DNA from: Nitrospirota bacterium
GTDB taxonomy: Bacteria > Nitrospirota > JACRHL01
Direction of reading: 5' to 3'
DNA length: 64,000 nucleotides
Assembly: GCA_016212085.1 (NCBI GenBank)
Contig: JACRHL010000003.1
Location: 321,178-385,177, forward strand
Made by a program: the position numbers and the translations under genes. Positions 9,562 through 20,222 of the stretch are shown here, piece after piece. Numbering within the stretch: the stretch's first letter is position 1; each line of letters opens with the position of its first letter. A model generated the notes under the pieces. It worked only from the letters and a program-made list of their open reading frames with translations. It ran no database searches and was not told where the DNA came from.

Positions 9562-10464
9562 TCAGCTACGGTAGCCCATCTCCCGCAGGAACTGCGTGTC
9601 CTTGCGCCAGTTGGGCTGCACCTTCACGAACAGGCGCAGGTGCACCGGCTGGCCGGTCACCTGCTCCATCTGCGCGCGCGCCGCCTGGCCCAGGGCCTTG
9701 ATGCGGGCACCCCCCTTGCCGATGAGGATGCCCTTCTGGGAGTCGCGTTCCACGTAGATGGTGGCCCACACCCGGTCGCCGTCGTCCCCCTCCTGGTACT
9801 TGTCCACCGACACCGCCACCGCGTAGGGGATCTCCTCGGCGCATTGCAGGATGACCTGCTCGCGCACCAGCTCGCACACCAGGTCACGCAGGGTCTGGTC
9901 GGTGATCTCGTCGTCCGGGTAATAGGCGGGCCCCTCCGGCAGGCGCGCCAGGACCGGCGGCAGCAGGGTGGTGGCCGCCGCCGGCTCCAGGGCGCAGACG
10001 GTCACCATCTCGGCGAACGGCCCCAGCGCCGTGTAGGCGGCGCGGCGGGCGGCGCGGGCCGCCTCGGGCACCGTATCCCACTTGTTCAGGGCCAGGATCA
10101 CCGGCACCCCGGCGGCCAGGGCGCGCGCGGCCACCAGGTTGTCCCCCTCGCCGGGGTCGCGGCCGGCGTCCACCAGCATCACCACCACGTCCACCTCGGT
10201 CAGGGCCCCCTCCGCCGCCCGCACCATGGACTCGTTGAGGGCGAACTTGGGCTTGTGGAAGCCCGGCGTGTCGAGGAACACGATCTGGCTGCCGGGCAGG
10301 GTGAGCACGCCGCGGATGATGCGCCGGGTGGTTTGCGGCAGCGGCGTGGCGATGGCGATCTTCTCGCCCAGCAGGCGGTTGAGCAGGGTCGACTTGCCCA
10401 CGTTGGGGCACCCGGCCAGGGCCACGAAGCCGGAGCGGAAGCCGGGGGATGGAGAGGTTGTCAC
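9562..10464 (-). CDS. era: GTPase Era
   Basis: G1 motif AGCPNVGKST, DTPG, NKWD; C-terminal KH domain (GILIGKGGARIK). GTG start at 10464 preceded by GGAG; 300 aa. Confidence 0.85.
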   Translation of the reverse strand: MTTSPSPGFRSGFVALAGCPNVGKSTLLNRLLGEKIAIATPLPQTTRRIIRGVLTLPGSQIVFLDTPGFHKPKFALNESMVRAAEGALTEVDVVVMLVDAGRDPGEGDNLVAARALAAGVPVILALNKWDTVPEAARAARRAAYTALGPFAEMVTVCALEPAAATTLLPPVLARLPEGPAYYPDDEITDQTLRDLVCELVREQVILQCAEEIPYAVAVSVDKYQEGDDGDRVWATIYVERDSQKGILIGKGGARIKALGQAARAQMEQVTGQPVHLRLFVKVQPNWRKDTQFLREMGYRS

Positions 10465-10492
10465 GGTACGATCGGGCTCCGCTGGAGTGGCG

Positions 10493-12604
10493 TCAGGTGG
10501 CGGGAAAGGACAGCACGAACACCGCGCCGGCGGGGTCGCCACGCTCGACGTGGATGCGGCCGTGGTGCTCCTCCATGATACGCGATACGATGGCCAAACC
10601 CAGGCCGGTTCCCCCCTCGCGCCTGGAAAAATAGGGCTGGAATACCCGGCTCTCCTCGCCCTCGGCGACACCGGGGCCGGTGTCGGCCACGCGGATCTCG
10701 GCCCGGCCGTCGGGCACCACCCGGCCGGTCACGCGCACCTCGCCGCGTCCCCCCATCACCTGGATGGCGTTCTCGAACAGGTTCGTGAACACCCGGCGCA
10801 TCTGCTTCTTGTCGATCGCCAACTGGCCCACCGGGCCCGCATCGACCCGGATGGCCACGCCCGGATAGGCCTGCCGGTAGAGCCCGGCCACCTCGCCCAC
10901 CAGCCCCCAGATGTCGTCCGTCGCCAGGTTCACCTCGGGCATGCGCGCGAACTGGGAGAATTCGTCCACCAGGCGCTTGAGCCCGCCCACCTCCTCCAGG
11001 ATGGTGTTGGCCGTCTCCTCCACCACGTCGGGCAGCGGCTGACCGTCGCGGCTGTAGCGGCGCTTCAGGCGCTGCACCGAAAGCTGGATGGGGGTGAGCG
11101 GGTTCTTGATCTCGTGGGCCAGGCGCTGGGCCACCTCGCGCCAGGCGGCCTCCTTCTGCACCCGGATCAGCTCGGTCATGTCCGAGAACACCAGCACCTG
11201 GCCCAGGTTGGCGCCGTCCGGCCCCAGCACGCGGCGGGCGTGCACCTGCAAGGTGCGCGGACGGCCGTGACGCACCAGGTGCAGCTCCTGCTCCCGGTCG
11301 CGCTCGCCGGCGTGCAGCGGGCCGATCAACCCGGCGACCGGGGCCAGTTCCGGGTCGGCGAAGGCCTCGGCGAAGCCACGCCCCTTCACCCGCTCCGGGT
11401 CCAGCGACAGGATGTTGGCCGCGGCGCGGTTGAACAGGCTCACCCGCCCCGCCGGGTCGAGGGCGATCACGCCCGTGTCGGCGTTCACCAGGATCGCCTC
11501 CATGTAGGCCCGGCGCTCCTCCAGCTCCCGGTTGCTGGCGGTGAGGGAGCGGTTGGCGTGGGTGAGCTCGTCCTTGTTGCGGGCCAGTTGGGCGGTCATG
11601 GTGTTGAAGCCGTCCACCAGCTCGCCCACCTCGTCCCGGCTGGCGGGGCGCAGTTGCACCGCCAGGTTGCCGGCGGCCACCTCGCGGGTGCCGGCAACCA
11701 GGTTGAGCACCGGCGTGGTGATGCCGCGCGCGATGTAGAACCCGAACCAGGAGGCGGAAAACAGGATCACCAGGGCGATGAGCAGGAACGACAGCCGGTA
11801 GCCCTTCTTGATGGGTTCCTTGTAGGCGGCCAGTTGGGAGAAGTTCTCGTAATCCGCCGTGATCTGGCGCAGGGTGGCGATGGCGGCGGCGGGGATGGTG
11901 CGCTCCGCCACCAGGTAGCCCCAGTCGCCCAGGGGCACCCCGGCGCGCACCAGCTCGCCCCCGGCCACGGCCACGGTCTCGGTGCCGTCCGGCGGCGGCG
12001 GGGGCGTGCCCACGGTGCCCGCCGCCACCACCCGGTCGCGCGCCGGGCCATACATCACCGCCAGCCCGGACAGGCCCCACGCCCCGCGCTGGCGCTCCAG
12101 CCATTCCGAAAGCGCCGCCCGGTCCGGCGATGGCCCGCGCCGTTCGGCCATGGCCGCCAGGATCGCCGCGTCGGCCCCCACCCGCTCGTGCATCTCGCGG
12201 TAGCGCTCGCGGGCCACCTCCACCGCGCCCTGCATGGCCCCCTCGATCTGCGGCGAGAACCAGCCGTTGACGCTGTCCGTCAGCAGCCCCGAGGCGACCA
12301 CGAACATGAGCGCGGTGGGGATCAGCGAGAACCCCAGGAACGCCGCCACCAGCCGCGTGCGCAGACTCGACAGGCGCCCCTCCTCGAACACCCACTTGAG
12401 CAGGTTGCGCGACAGCACCAGGCCGACCAGCACCACCAGGATCAGGTTGATGTTGACCAGGGTCACCACCAGGATGTTGCTGCCACCCTGCCCGTGAATG
12501 CGCGACAGCAGGGCGAGCGAACCCGCCAGCACCAGCAGCAGGGCAACGATGCCCGCCTTGGCGAGGCCGCTCGCGCGGCGCGGCGCGCCGGCCGGCTCGG
12601 TCAC
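10493..12604 (-). CDS. sensor histidine kinase (NtrY-like: TM-HAMP-PAS-HisKA-HATPase)
   Basis: H-box AHEIKNPLTPIQLS, N/G-box segments (FENAIQV, DTGPGV, GGTGLGLAIV); GTG start 12604 overlaps upstream stop (GTGA). Confidence 0.8.
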   Translation of the reverse strand: MTEPAGAPRRASGLAKAGIVALLLVLAGSLALLSRIHGQGGSNILVVTLVNINLILVVLVGLVLSRNLLKWVFEEGRLSSLRTRLVAAFLGFSLIPTALMFVVASGLLTDSVNGWFSPQIEGAMQGAVEVARERYREMHERVGADAAILAAMAERRGPSPDRAALSEWLERQRGAWGLSGLAVMYGPARDRVVAAGTVGTPPPPPDGTETVAVAGGELVRAGVPLGDWGYLVAERTIPAAAIATLRQITADYENFSQLAAYKEPIKKGYRLSFLLIALVILFSASWFGFYIARGITTPVLNLVAGTREVAAGNLAVQLRPASRDEVGELVDGFNTMTAQLARNKDELTHANRSLTASNRELEERRAYMEAILVNADTGVIALDPAGRVSLFNRAAANILSLDPERVKGRGFAEAFADPELAPVAGLIGPLHAGERDREQELHLVRHGRPRTLQVHARRVLGPDGANLGQVLVFSDMTELIRVQKEAAWREVAQRLAHEIKNPLTPIQLSVQRLKRRYSRDGQPLPDVVEETANTILEEVGGLKRLVDEFSQFARMPEVNLATDDIWGLVGEVAGLYRQAYPGVAIRVDAGPVGQLAIDKKQMRRVFTNLFENAIQVMGGRGEVRVTGRVVPDGRAEIRVADTGPGVAEGEESRVFQPYFSRREGGTGLGLAIVSRIMEEHHGRIHVERGDPAGAVFVLSFPAT

Positions 12605-13179
12605 GGCCGCGGTTCCAGGTTGGCGGAGCGCGCCCAGGGGGTTTCGAACGCCAGCACCGGGATGAAGAAGAACACGTAATCCAGGTAGAACGGCTGGCGC
12701 ACCGCCCGCATCTCCGCCTTGACCGCCGCGTACAGGGTGCCCGGATAGGCGGTGGGGGGCACCACCAGCGGCACGCCGTCCACCCGCGCGACGATCTCCA
12801 GCGCCTCCGCGTAGCTGGGCACCTTCCGTTCCGTCACGTGGCCGCCGGGCTGCACGTGGCGGAGGTGGTACCAGCCGTCCAGTGTGTCGTACTTGATGGT
12901 GTAGCGCACCGTCGCCGCCGTCACCTCCTCGTCGAAGAAGCGGCGGTGGCGGCGTCGCACGGTGACCGTGTAGAACAGGTCCTTGGGCACGCCGCGCCGG
13001 ATCTGCTCCACCACCTCCCTCGGAAAGCCGCCTTCGAGGGTGGCGGACACGGTCACCACCCCGCGCTCCATGCGCGCGGTCACGGCGCCGATGCGCCCCT
13101 CCGGCTCCGCCCGGACCGGCGTCGCCAGCGCCGTGACCAGGGCCAGCAGCGCCCACGCCAGGATGCGCGCGCCGGTCAT
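12601..13179 (-). CDS. DUF4390-like secreted protein
   Basis: 192 aa with N-terminal signal peptide; directly upstream of and coupled to the sensor kinase, an arrangement remembered from beta/gammaproteobacteria. Confidence 0.65.
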   Translation of the reverse strand: MTGARILAWALLALVTALATPVRAEPEGRIGAVTARMERGVVTVSATLEGGFPREVVEQIRRGVPKDLFYTVTVRRRHRRFFDEEVTAATVRYTIKYDTLDGWYHLRHVQPGGHVTERKVPSYAEALEIVARVDGVPLVVPPTAYPGTLYAAVKAEMRAVRQPFYLDYVFFFIPVLAFETPWARSANLEPRP

Positions 13180-14432
13180 GCGCCAAACTCCGCCAGGGCA
13201 CGCTCCAGCGCCCGGTCCGCCGTCTCGCCGTACACGGCCAGGAAGGCGCGCTCGAAGGGGCCGTCGTCCACCCTGTTCAGCAGGTCCGCCAGGCGGAACA
13301 TGCCGAAACGCGCGATCAGCGACCGCACCAGCACGTACGACTGGGCATAGGCCCGGTCGGCGCGCTCCGCGGACAGCCCCATGAAGGAGCCGGCGATGGT
13401 GTTCAGGGGAACGGTGTCACCCCCCCTGGCCAGGATGTCGCGCGCCCAGCGCTCCAACTGCGACTGCTCCAGGTTGAGGGCCACCCCCTCGTGCAGCCAG
13501 GTGGGGATGTGGCGCCGCCCCAGCAGGGAGGCGAGCGCCGCGTGCACGTATTCGTGGGTGACCACCCGGCGCAGGCTGGCGGGGTCCTGGTCGGCGCCGG
13601 AGATGGGCAGGCGCACCCGGCCGTCGTAGATGCCGCCCGCCCACTGGGGGCTGCGGGTCACGTCGCGGAAGGCCTGTTCCGTATAGAGGATCGCCTCGAT
13701 CATGCCGTCCGGATAGTACCCCAACGCCAGGCCCACGCTCGAATAGGCCTCCTCCAGCATGTCCAGCACCCGCTCCGCCAGATAGCCCTGGGCGGGGCCC
13801 TCGAAGCGGGCGCGGAAGTGCCGGGTCTCGCCCAGAAAAAAGCGCCGGTCCGTGTTCAGGTCGTGGCGGGCGGTCTCCAGCAGGGGGGCCAGGGTGGGGT
13901 CGAAATCCAGGGTCTGGGCCCGCTCCCACGCCTCCACCGCGCCGCCCAGGTCACCATCGGCGCGCAGCAGCTCGCCCAGCAGGCGCAGGGGCGACGCCTG
14001 GTCCGGCAGGGCCGCCGCCGCCTGATGGGCCATGAGCAGCGCCTCGCCGTCCTTCCCCAGCCGGTGCCAGCTGAGGGCGAGGCCGAACAGGGCATCCGCC
14101 GGGCCGCCATCCACCGCCGCCTGGAAGTGACCGGCCGCGTCCTCGTAGTGCGCTTCCCGGTAGGCGCGCCAGCCGTCGGAGGCGTGGGCGGCCAGTTCCG
14201 GCCAGTCATCCACCGGCGCCTCGGGGGCCGGCGCGGTGGCGGGCGCGCGGGGCGCCACGGTCGCGGAGCGCACCACGGCCACCTCGACGGGGCCGGTCAC
14301 GGGGCCGGGCGCGGATTGGGAAACGGAGGGTGTGGACGCGGGCGGCACGGGCGGCGCCACGTCACGCGGGCGCGCCATCCACACGGCGGCGCCCACCATG
14401 AGCAGGGCGATCAGCAGGCCCAGGCGGGCCAT
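13176..14432 (-). CDS. membrane-anchored TPR-repeat protein with HExxH metallopeptidase-like motif
   Basis: N-terminal TM helix, Pro/Ala-rich linker, TPR-like helices, THEYVHAAL (HExxH) motif; ATGA overlap with downstream gene. Confidence 0.6.
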   Translation of the reverse strand: MARLGLLIALLMVGAAVWMARPRDVAPPVPPASTPSVSQSAPGPVTGPVEVAVVRSATVAPRAPATAPAPEAPVDDWPELAAHASDGWRAYREAHYEDAAGHFQAAVDGGPADALFGLALSWHRLGKDGEALLMAHQAAAALPDQASPLRLLGELLRADGDLGGAVEAWERAQTLDFDPTLAPLLETARHDLNTDRRFFLGETRHFRARFEGPAQGYLAERVLDMLEEAYSSVGLALGYYPDGMIEAILYTEQAFRDVTRSPQWAGGIYDGRVRLPISGADQDPASLRRVVTHEYVHAALASLLGRRHIPTWLHEGVALNLEQSQLERWARDILARGGDTVPLNTIAGSFMGLSAERADRAYAQSYVLVRSLIARFGMFRLADLLNRVDDGPFERAFLAVYGETADRALERALAEFGA

Positions 14433-14436
14433 GGTC

Positions 14437-15981
14437 CTATTCCCACTCGATGGTGGCGGGGGGTTTCGAGGAGATGTCGTAGCATACCCGGTTCACGCCA
14501 CGCACCTCGTTGATGATGCGGTTCGAGATGGTGCCCAGCAGTTCGTAGGGCAGGTGCACCCAGTCGGCGGTCATGCCGTCCACCGAGTGCACGGCGCGCA
14601 GCACCACCACGTTCTCGTAGGTGCGCTCGTCGCCCATCACGCCCACGGTCTTGGTGGGCAGGAGCACCGCGAACGATTGCCAGATGCGCTCGTACAGCCC
14701 GGCGGCCTTGATCTCCTCGAGCACGATGGCGTCCGCCTTCTGGAGCAGCGCCACCCGCTCCGGGGTGACCTCCTCCAGGATGCGGATGGCCAGGCCGGGC
14801 CCGGGGAACGGCTGACGCTGGATGATCTCCATGGGCACGCCCAGCTCGCGGCCGATGGCGCGCACCTCGTCCTTGAACAGCTCGCGGAACGGCTCGACCA
14901 GGGTGAACTTGAGGTCCTCCGGCAGGCCACCCACGTTGTGGTGGGTCTTGATGGTGGCCGACGGGCCCTTGGCGGAGACGCTCTCGATCACGTCCGGATA
15001 CAGGGTGCCCTGCACCAGGAAGCCCACGCCGGTCATGCGCTCGGCGTGGTGGTCGAACACCTCGATGAAGGTGTTGCCGATGATCTTGCGCTTCCGCTCC
15101 GGGTCGGAAACCCCCTTCAGCTTGCCCAGGAAGCGGTCCGCCTCGTCGGCGAACACCAGGTTCATGCCCATGTGGTCGCGGAAGGTGGCCACCACCTTCT
15201 CCGCCTCGCCCGTGCGCAGCAGGCCGTTGTTCACGAAGACGCAGGTGAGCTGGTCGCCGATGGCCTTGTGCACCAGCACCGCCGCCACCGACGAATCCAC
15301 CCCGCCGGACAGGGCGCAGATCACCTTGCCGCCGCCCACCTGCTCGCGGATGCGGGCGATCTCGGTCTCGACGAAGCCCGCCATGGTCCAGGTGGGCTTG
15401 CAGCCGCACACGTTGTAGGCGAAGTTCTCGAGCATGGCGCGCCCCTCGGCGGTGTGCACCACCTCCGGGTGGAATTGCAGGCCGTACACCCGGCGCGCCA
15501 GGTCGGCAAAGGCGGCCACCGGGGCGTTGTCCGTGTGGGCGATGGTGGTAAAGCCCTCGGGCTGGCGCGCGATGCGGTCGCCATGGCTCATCCACACCAG
15601 GGTTTCGGCGCCCAGGCCGTCGAATAGGCCGGCGGGCTGGTCGATGCGAAGCTCGGCGCGGCCAAACTCCCGGTGGCTGGCCGGTTCCACCTTGCCGCCG
15701 AAGTGCTGGGTGATGAGCTGCATGCCGTAGCAGATGCCCAGCACCGGGATGCCCAGCTCGAACACCCGGGGGTCCGGGTGCGGCGCCCCCGGGGCGTAGA
15801 CGCTCGCCGGGCCGCCGGACAGGATCAAACCCTTGGGGTTGTGGGCCCGGATCTCCCCGATGGGGACGTTGAACGGCAGGATCTCCGAATACACGCTCGA
15901 CTCGCGGACGCGGCGCGCGATGAGCTGGGTGACCTGGGAGCCGAAGTCGAGGATCAGGATGTTGTCTTCGTGGACGGACAT
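14437..15981 (-). CDS. guaA: GMP synthase (glutamine-hydrolysing)
   Basis: GATase catalytic Cys (GICYGMQ), PP-loop SGGVDSS, conserved C-terminal dimerisation region ending IEWE. Confidence 0.95.
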   Translation of the reverse strand: MSVHEDNILILDFGSQVTQLIARRVRESSVYSEILPFNVPIGEIRAHNPKGLILSGGPASVYAPGAPHPDPRVFELGIPVLGICYGMQLITQHFGGKVEPASHREFGRAELRIDQPAGLFDGLGAETLVWMSHGDRIARQPEGFTTIAHTDNAPVAAFADLARRVYGLQFHPEVVHTAEGRAMLENFAYNVCGCKPTWTMAGFVETEIARIREQVGGGKVICALSGGVDSSVAAVLVHKAIGDQLTCVFVNNGLLRTGEAEKVVATFRDHMGMNLVFADEADRFLGKLKGVSDPERKRKIIGNTFIEVFDHHAERMTGVGFLVQGTLYPDVIESVSAKGPSATIKTHHNVGGLPEDLKFTLVEPFRELFKDEVRAIGRELGVPMEIIQRQPFPGPGLAIRILEEVTPERVALLQKADAIVLEEIKAAGLYERIWQSFAVLLPTKTVGVMGDERTYENVVVLRAVHSVDGMTADWVHLPYELLGTISNRIINEVRGVNRVCYDISSKPPATIEWE

Positions 15982-16048
15982 GGGGCCGCTGCCAATCAAA
16001 CGGGGTGGAAGGTGAATCCCCCGGCAACGGCCGGGACGCGCCGGCCCC

Positions 16049-17515
16049 CTAGGGCTCGCGCTGGTAGTTGGGCGCCTCCTTGGTGATGATCACGTCGTGG
16101 GCGTGGGACTCGATCAGGCCCGAGTGGGTGAGCCGCACGAAGCGGCCGTTGGCCTTCAGCTCGGCAACGGTGCGGCAGCCCGCATAGCCCATGCCGGCGC
16201 GCAGGCCGCCCACCAGCTGGTAGATCACGTCGCTCACCTTGCCCTTGTAGGGCACGCGCCCCTCGATGCCCTCGGGCACCAGCTTGTGGGTCTCGACCGT
16301 GTCCTGAAAATAGCGGTCACGGCTGCTGCCGCGCTCCATGGCGCCCAGGGAGCCCATGCCCCGGTACGACTTGTAGCTGCGGCCCTGGTAGAGGATCACC
16401 TCGCCGGGCGACTCGTCGGTGCCGGCGAAGTAGCCGCCCAGCATCACGCAGTCGGCCCCGCCGACGATGGCCTTGGTCACGTCGCCGGAGTATTTGATGC
16501 CGCCGTCGCCGATCACCGGCACGCCCAGCGGGCCGCACACCTTGGCGGCGTTGGCGATGGCGGTGAGCTGCGGCATGCCGCAGCCGGACACCATGCGCGT
16601 GGTGCAGATGGAGCCGGGCCCCACCCCCACCTTGACGCCGTCGGCCCCGGCCTTCACCAGCGCCTCCGCCGCCTCGGCGGTGGCGATGTTGCCGCCCACC
16701 ACCTGCAACGACGGGTAGGCCGCCTTGATCTCGCGCACCCGCTCCAGCACCTTGATGGAGTGGCCGTGGGCGGTGTCGACCACCACCAGGTCCACCCCGG
16801 CGTTCACCAGGGCCTGCACCCGGCTCATGGTGTCGGCCCCCACGCCCACCGCCGCGCCCACCCGCAGGCGGCCCCGGGAGTCCTTGCAGGCGTTGGGGTA
16901 CTGGATGCGCTTCTCCACGTCCTTGATGGTGAACAGGCCCATGAGCATGCCGTCGGCATCCACCACCGGCAGTTTTTCGATGCGGTGCCGGTGCAGGGTG
17001 GCCTTGGCCTCGTCGAGGCTGATGCCCACCGGCGCGGTGACCAGGTTCTTGGCGGTCATGATGTCGCCCACGGGGACGCTCATGTTCTCCTCGAACTGGA
17101 GGTCGCGGCGGGTCAGGATACCCACCAGCCGGCCCTCCACGGTGATCGGGATGCCGGAGATGCCGTGCTGGCTCATCACCGCCACCGCCTCGCCGATGGG
17201 CCGGTTGGGACCGACGGTGATGGGGTCCACCACCATGCCGCCCTCGGACTTCTTGACCTTCTCCACCTCGGCGGCCTGGTGGCGGATGGAGCCGGCGCGG
17301 TGAACGATGCCCATGCCGCCGTTCTGGGCCAGGCCGATGGCCATGGCCGCCTCGGTGATGGTGTCCATGGCGGCGGACAGCACGGGAACGTTGAGGGTGA
17401 TGTCGCGGGTCACCTGGGTGGCGGTGTTCACGTCCTGCGGCACCACCTCGGAGCGGGCCGGGATGACCACCACGTCGTCGAAGGTAAGGCCGGTTTCGAT
17501 GGAATCGTGCAACAT
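16049..17515 (-). CDS. guaB: IMP dehydrogenase
   Basis: CBS pair plus TIM barrel with catalytic [11 protein letters not shown] motif; 488 aa. Confidence 0.95.
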   Translation of the reverse strand: MLHDSIETGLTFDDVVVIPARSEVVPQDVNTATQVTRDITLNVPVLSAAMDTITEAAMAIGLAQNGGMGIVHRAGSIRHQAAEVEKVKKSEGGMVVDPITVGPNRPIGEAVAVMSQHGISGIPITVEGRLVGILTRRDLQFEENMSVPVGDIMTAKNLVTAPVGISLDEAKATLHRHRIEKLPVVDADGMLMGLFTIKDVEKRIQYPNACKDSRGRLRVGAAVGVGADTMSRVQALVNAGVDLVVVDTAHGHSIKVLERVREIKAAYPSLQVVGGNIATAEAAEALVKAGADGVKVGVGPGSICTTRMVSGCGMPQLTAIANAAKVCGPLGVPVIGDGGIKYSGDVTKAIVGGADCVMLGGYFAGTDESPGEVILYQGRSYKSYRGMGSLGAMERGSSRDRYFQDTVETHKLVPEGIEGRVPYKGKVSDVIYQLVGGLRAGMGYAGCRTVAELKANGRFVRLTHSGLIESHAHDVIITKEAPNYQREP

Positions 17516-17765
17516 AGGCTCTTGTAACCCGGGTCCGGGGTGTCGGAAATGTCGGAATGGGGCGCGCGGGCGCTGTCGGGTCCGCCGGGCCTTGCGGAAG
17601 ACCCCGGCTTAAGAGGGGAATTATTACCGTAACAGGCAGGGACCGTCAAGGACGGCGCGCCCTTGCGCCACCCGGCCGGGGCGCTTATAGTGGGCTTGCC
17701 GCGCGCCCCCAAAAACACCCCCGGAGCGGGGCGCATCCCCCCGGTTCAGCCCCCAGGTTCTGCCC

Positions 17766-18170
17766 ATGACCGACGGATTCTATTACGCGATACTCATATC
17801 CTGGCTGCTGTCGTTCCTGTTCTACGGCCTCGCCGGAGGGCTGATCAAGGCCCGCACGGTCGGCCGCACGCCGCACATCATGCTCACCGTGGGCGGCTTC
17901 ATGACCGACTTCGTCGCCTACTTCTTCCAGACCCAGCACCTGGTGATCCTGGCGGCCACCGTGCCCGGCTTCGCCCTGGACCCGGCGCTGCGCGGCTGGC
18001 AGACCGTGGCGACAAACCTGTCCATGGCCATGTATTGCGTGACGGCGATGTTCGGCTTCGCGCGCGTTGTCGGGTGGCACGGCGTGGGCCGCTGGCACGT
18101 GCCCGTGGCGCTGCTGTTCGTGGTCAACCTGGTGACGGCGCGGACCCTCTACTGGCGGCTGATTAACTAG
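17766..18170 (+). CDS. hypothetical small membrane protein
   Basis: 134-aa ORF with 3-4 predicted TM helices; ends with TAG inside the CTAG that flanks the downstream repeat; no recognised family. Confidence 0.4.
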   Translation: MTDGFYYAILISWLLSFLFYGLAGGLIKARTVGRTPHIMLTVGGFMTDFVAYFFQTQHLVILAATVPGFALDPALRGWQTVATNLSMAMYCVTAMFGFARVVGWHGVGRWHVPVALLFVVNLVTARTLYWRLIN

Positions 18171-18335
18171 CAGACTGTTGAAAAAGTCCTTCCATGGACT
18201 TTCTCAACTCGAAACCGGCAAAGCGCGGTTTCCCGGTTTCTCCGGATTGCAGGCGCTGACGCGCTCGCAATCCGCCGGCACATCCCTGTGCCGGACGCAG
18301 ACATGCCGAAAAACGGTGTTTTAACCGCCTGCTAG
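18167..18335. mobile_element. hairpin-rich mosaic repeat element, family A (copy 1), flanked by CTAG/CTAG
   Basis: Core 18171-18331 begins CAGACTGTTGAAAAAGTCC...GGACTTTCTCAAC (perfect hairpin), further hairpins inside; CTAG at 18167-18170 and 18332-18335 provide TAG stops to the convergent flanking genes. Confidence 0.6.
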
Positions 18336-19630
18336 CCGCGCTCCAGGCGGCGCGAGACGGCGTGGGCCGCCTCCCACACCGTCTCGCTCAGGGTGGGGTG
18401 CGGAAACACCGCCGCCGCCAGGTCGTGAACGGTCATCCCGGCCCGGATGCAGGCCCCCAGCAGGCCCGCCAGATCGGTCACCCCCGCCCCCGCGAGCTGG
18501 GCGCCCGCCAGCCGCCCCGCCCCGTCCGCCACCAGCCGCACGCCGCCCGCCACCTGGCCGGTCACCACCGCCATGCCGTTGGCGCGGAAGATGGCCTCGC
18601 CGGTCACCCGGTCCGGCCCGGCGCCCACCCCCACCGAGGCCAGTTGCGGATGGGTGTAGATGCACGCCGGGATCAGCATCGCGTCCAGCGGCGCCGGGTT
18701 CCTGCCCGCCAGCCACTCGGCGGCGATGCGCCCCTGGGCATGGGCCCGATGGGCAAGCAGCGGCGGGCCGCTCAGGTCGCCGATGGCGAGCACCCCGTCC
18801 ACGGCGGTGCGGCCGTGACCATCCACCGGGATGCCCCACGGTTGCGGATCGAGGCCCACGGCGTCCAGCCCCAGGCCGCTCAGGTTGGGATCCCGCCCCA
18901 CCGCCACCAGCACCTGGTCCGCCGCCAGTTCCCGCTCCCCGTCCGGGCCCGCCACGCGCAGGGCGATGCCCTCCGCCGTCACCGTGGCGGCGGTGACGGC
19001 CGCGCCGCACAGCATGTCGATGCCGGCGGCGCCGAATGCCCGCTCCAGGTGTCTGGCCAGCCACGGGTCCTCACCGGGAAGCAGGCGCTCGCGGGCCTCG
19101 ACCAGGGTCACCCGCGCGCCACGGGCGCGGAAGATCTCGGCGAACTCCACCCCCACCGCCCCGGCACCGATCACGACCAGGTGGCCGGGAACGGCCCCCG
19201 GCGCCACCGCGTGGTCGCTGGACAGCACGCGCGCGCCGTCGAACGGCAGGCCGGCCAGGGGGCGCGGCCGGGAGCCGGTGGCGAGCACCACATGGCGGAA
19301 ACGCACCTCCCCGTGCCCGGCCACATCGGCCACGCCGGGGCCGGCCAGGCGCGCGGCGCCGGGCAGCACGGCGACCTTTTTCAACAACTGGGCGATCCCC
19401 CGGCGCAGGGCGGCAATGGCCGCGTCGTTCATGGCCACCCGCTCCGCCAGCGCCACACCGGCGCCGGCCAGCAGCCCCTTGGTGGGGATGCAGCCCCGGT
19501 TCAGGCACACGCCGCCCAGCTCCGCCGGCTCCGCCAGCGCCACGCGCAGGCCCAGCTCCGCCGCGCGCGCCGCGCAGGCGTAGCCACCGGGGCCGCCGCC
19601 CACCACCAGCAGGTCGAAGCGATCAGCCAC
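18332..19630 (-). CDS. FAD-dependent pyridine nucleotide-disulfide oxidoreductase (dihydrolipoyl dehydrogenase family)
   Basis: DLLVVGGGPGGY FAD motif, redox-active GGVCLNRGCIPTK disulfide, NAD site VVIGAGAVG; GTG start 19630 after GGAGGG. Confidence 0.75.
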   Translation of the reverse strand: MADRFDLLVVGGGPGGYACAARAAELGLRVALAEPAELGGVCLNRGCIPTKGLLAGAGVALAERVAMNDAAIAALRRGIAQLLKKVAVLPGAARLAGPGVADVAGHGEVRFRHVVLATGSRPRPLAGLPFDGARVLSSDHAVAPGAVPGHLVVIGAGAVGVEFAEIFRARGARVTLVEARERLLPGEDPWLARHLERAFGAAGIDMLCGAAVTAATVTAEGIALRVAGPDGERELAADQVLVAVGRDPNLSGLGLDAVGLDPQPWGIPVDGHGRTAVDGVLAIGDLSGPPLLAHRAHAQGRIAAEWLAGRNPAPLDAMLIPACIYTHPQLASVGVGAGPDRVTGEAIFRANGMAVVTGQVAGGVRLVADGAGRLAGAQLAGAGVTDLAGLLGACIRAGMTVHDLAAAVFPHPTLSETVWEAAHAVSRRLERG

Positions 19631-20222
19631 CGTTCCCTCCCCGTTGCAGGATGCCGGTCCTGAGCAGCATTTCCGCCATGGCTTCATACCCGGCGGGCGC
19701 CGGGTGCGCCACGTCCGCCAGCAGGCCGGCGCCGACCGTGCCATCCGCCGACCGGAAGGCCCGGTCGAAGGGCACCACGCGCACATGGCGGGTGCCCGCC
19801 AGCGTGTTCACGAACTGCCGGTACCCCGCCAAGATCCGCTCGCAGCGCGCGTCCAGGAACGGCGGCGGCATGCCGATCACCGGCACCACCCCGGCGTTGG
19901 CCAGGGCTTCCACCATGGCCCCCAGGTCGGCGGCCATGTCCGGCACCGGGCGCCCCAGGGCGGCGTCGTTGGTGCCGCCGGTGACGATGCACGCCACCGG
20001 CCGCGCCGCCAGCACCCGGCCCAGGCGGGCGCGCATGCCGGCCAGGGTATCGCCGTTCACCCCCATGTTGATGATCTCCACCCCGCTGGCCCGCGCCGCC
20101 AGCGCCACCCACGACGCATGCGTGCCCTCCGGGAAACCCCAGGTGATGGAGTCGCCCAGCGCCACGAAGCGGTGCCGGGTGGCGCCCGCCGCGTCGTTTT
20201 CGCTGCTGACCGGGTGGTACAT
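19623..20222 (-). CDS. SGNH/GDSL-family hydrolase
   Basis: GDSIT block near N-terminus, later GTND; ATG 20222 chosen (track start 20258 is TTG). Confidence 0.6.
   Translation of the reverse strand: MYHPVSSENDAAGATRHRFVALGDSITWGFPEGTHASWVALAARASGVEIINMGVNGDTLAGMRARLGRVLAARPVACIVTGGTNDAALGRPVPDMAADLGAMVEALANAGVVPVIGMPPPFLDARCERILAGYRQFVNTLAGTRHVRVVPFDRAFRSADGTVGAGLLADVAHPAPAGYEAMAEMLLRTGILQRGGNGG

Noticed and set aside
10082-12679. 865-aa ORF on the plus strand (and 10461-12395 minus, alternate frame)
   Set aside because: Overlap the sensor kinase gene in other frames; GC-driven open frames without domain signatures.
18332-19630. FAD-disulfide oxidoreductase as a candidate MerA
   Set aside because: About 30 kb from the mer locus, lacks an N-terminal HMA domain and the C-terminal vicinal Cys pair of MerA; fits a generic dihydrolipoyl dehydrogenase-family protein.
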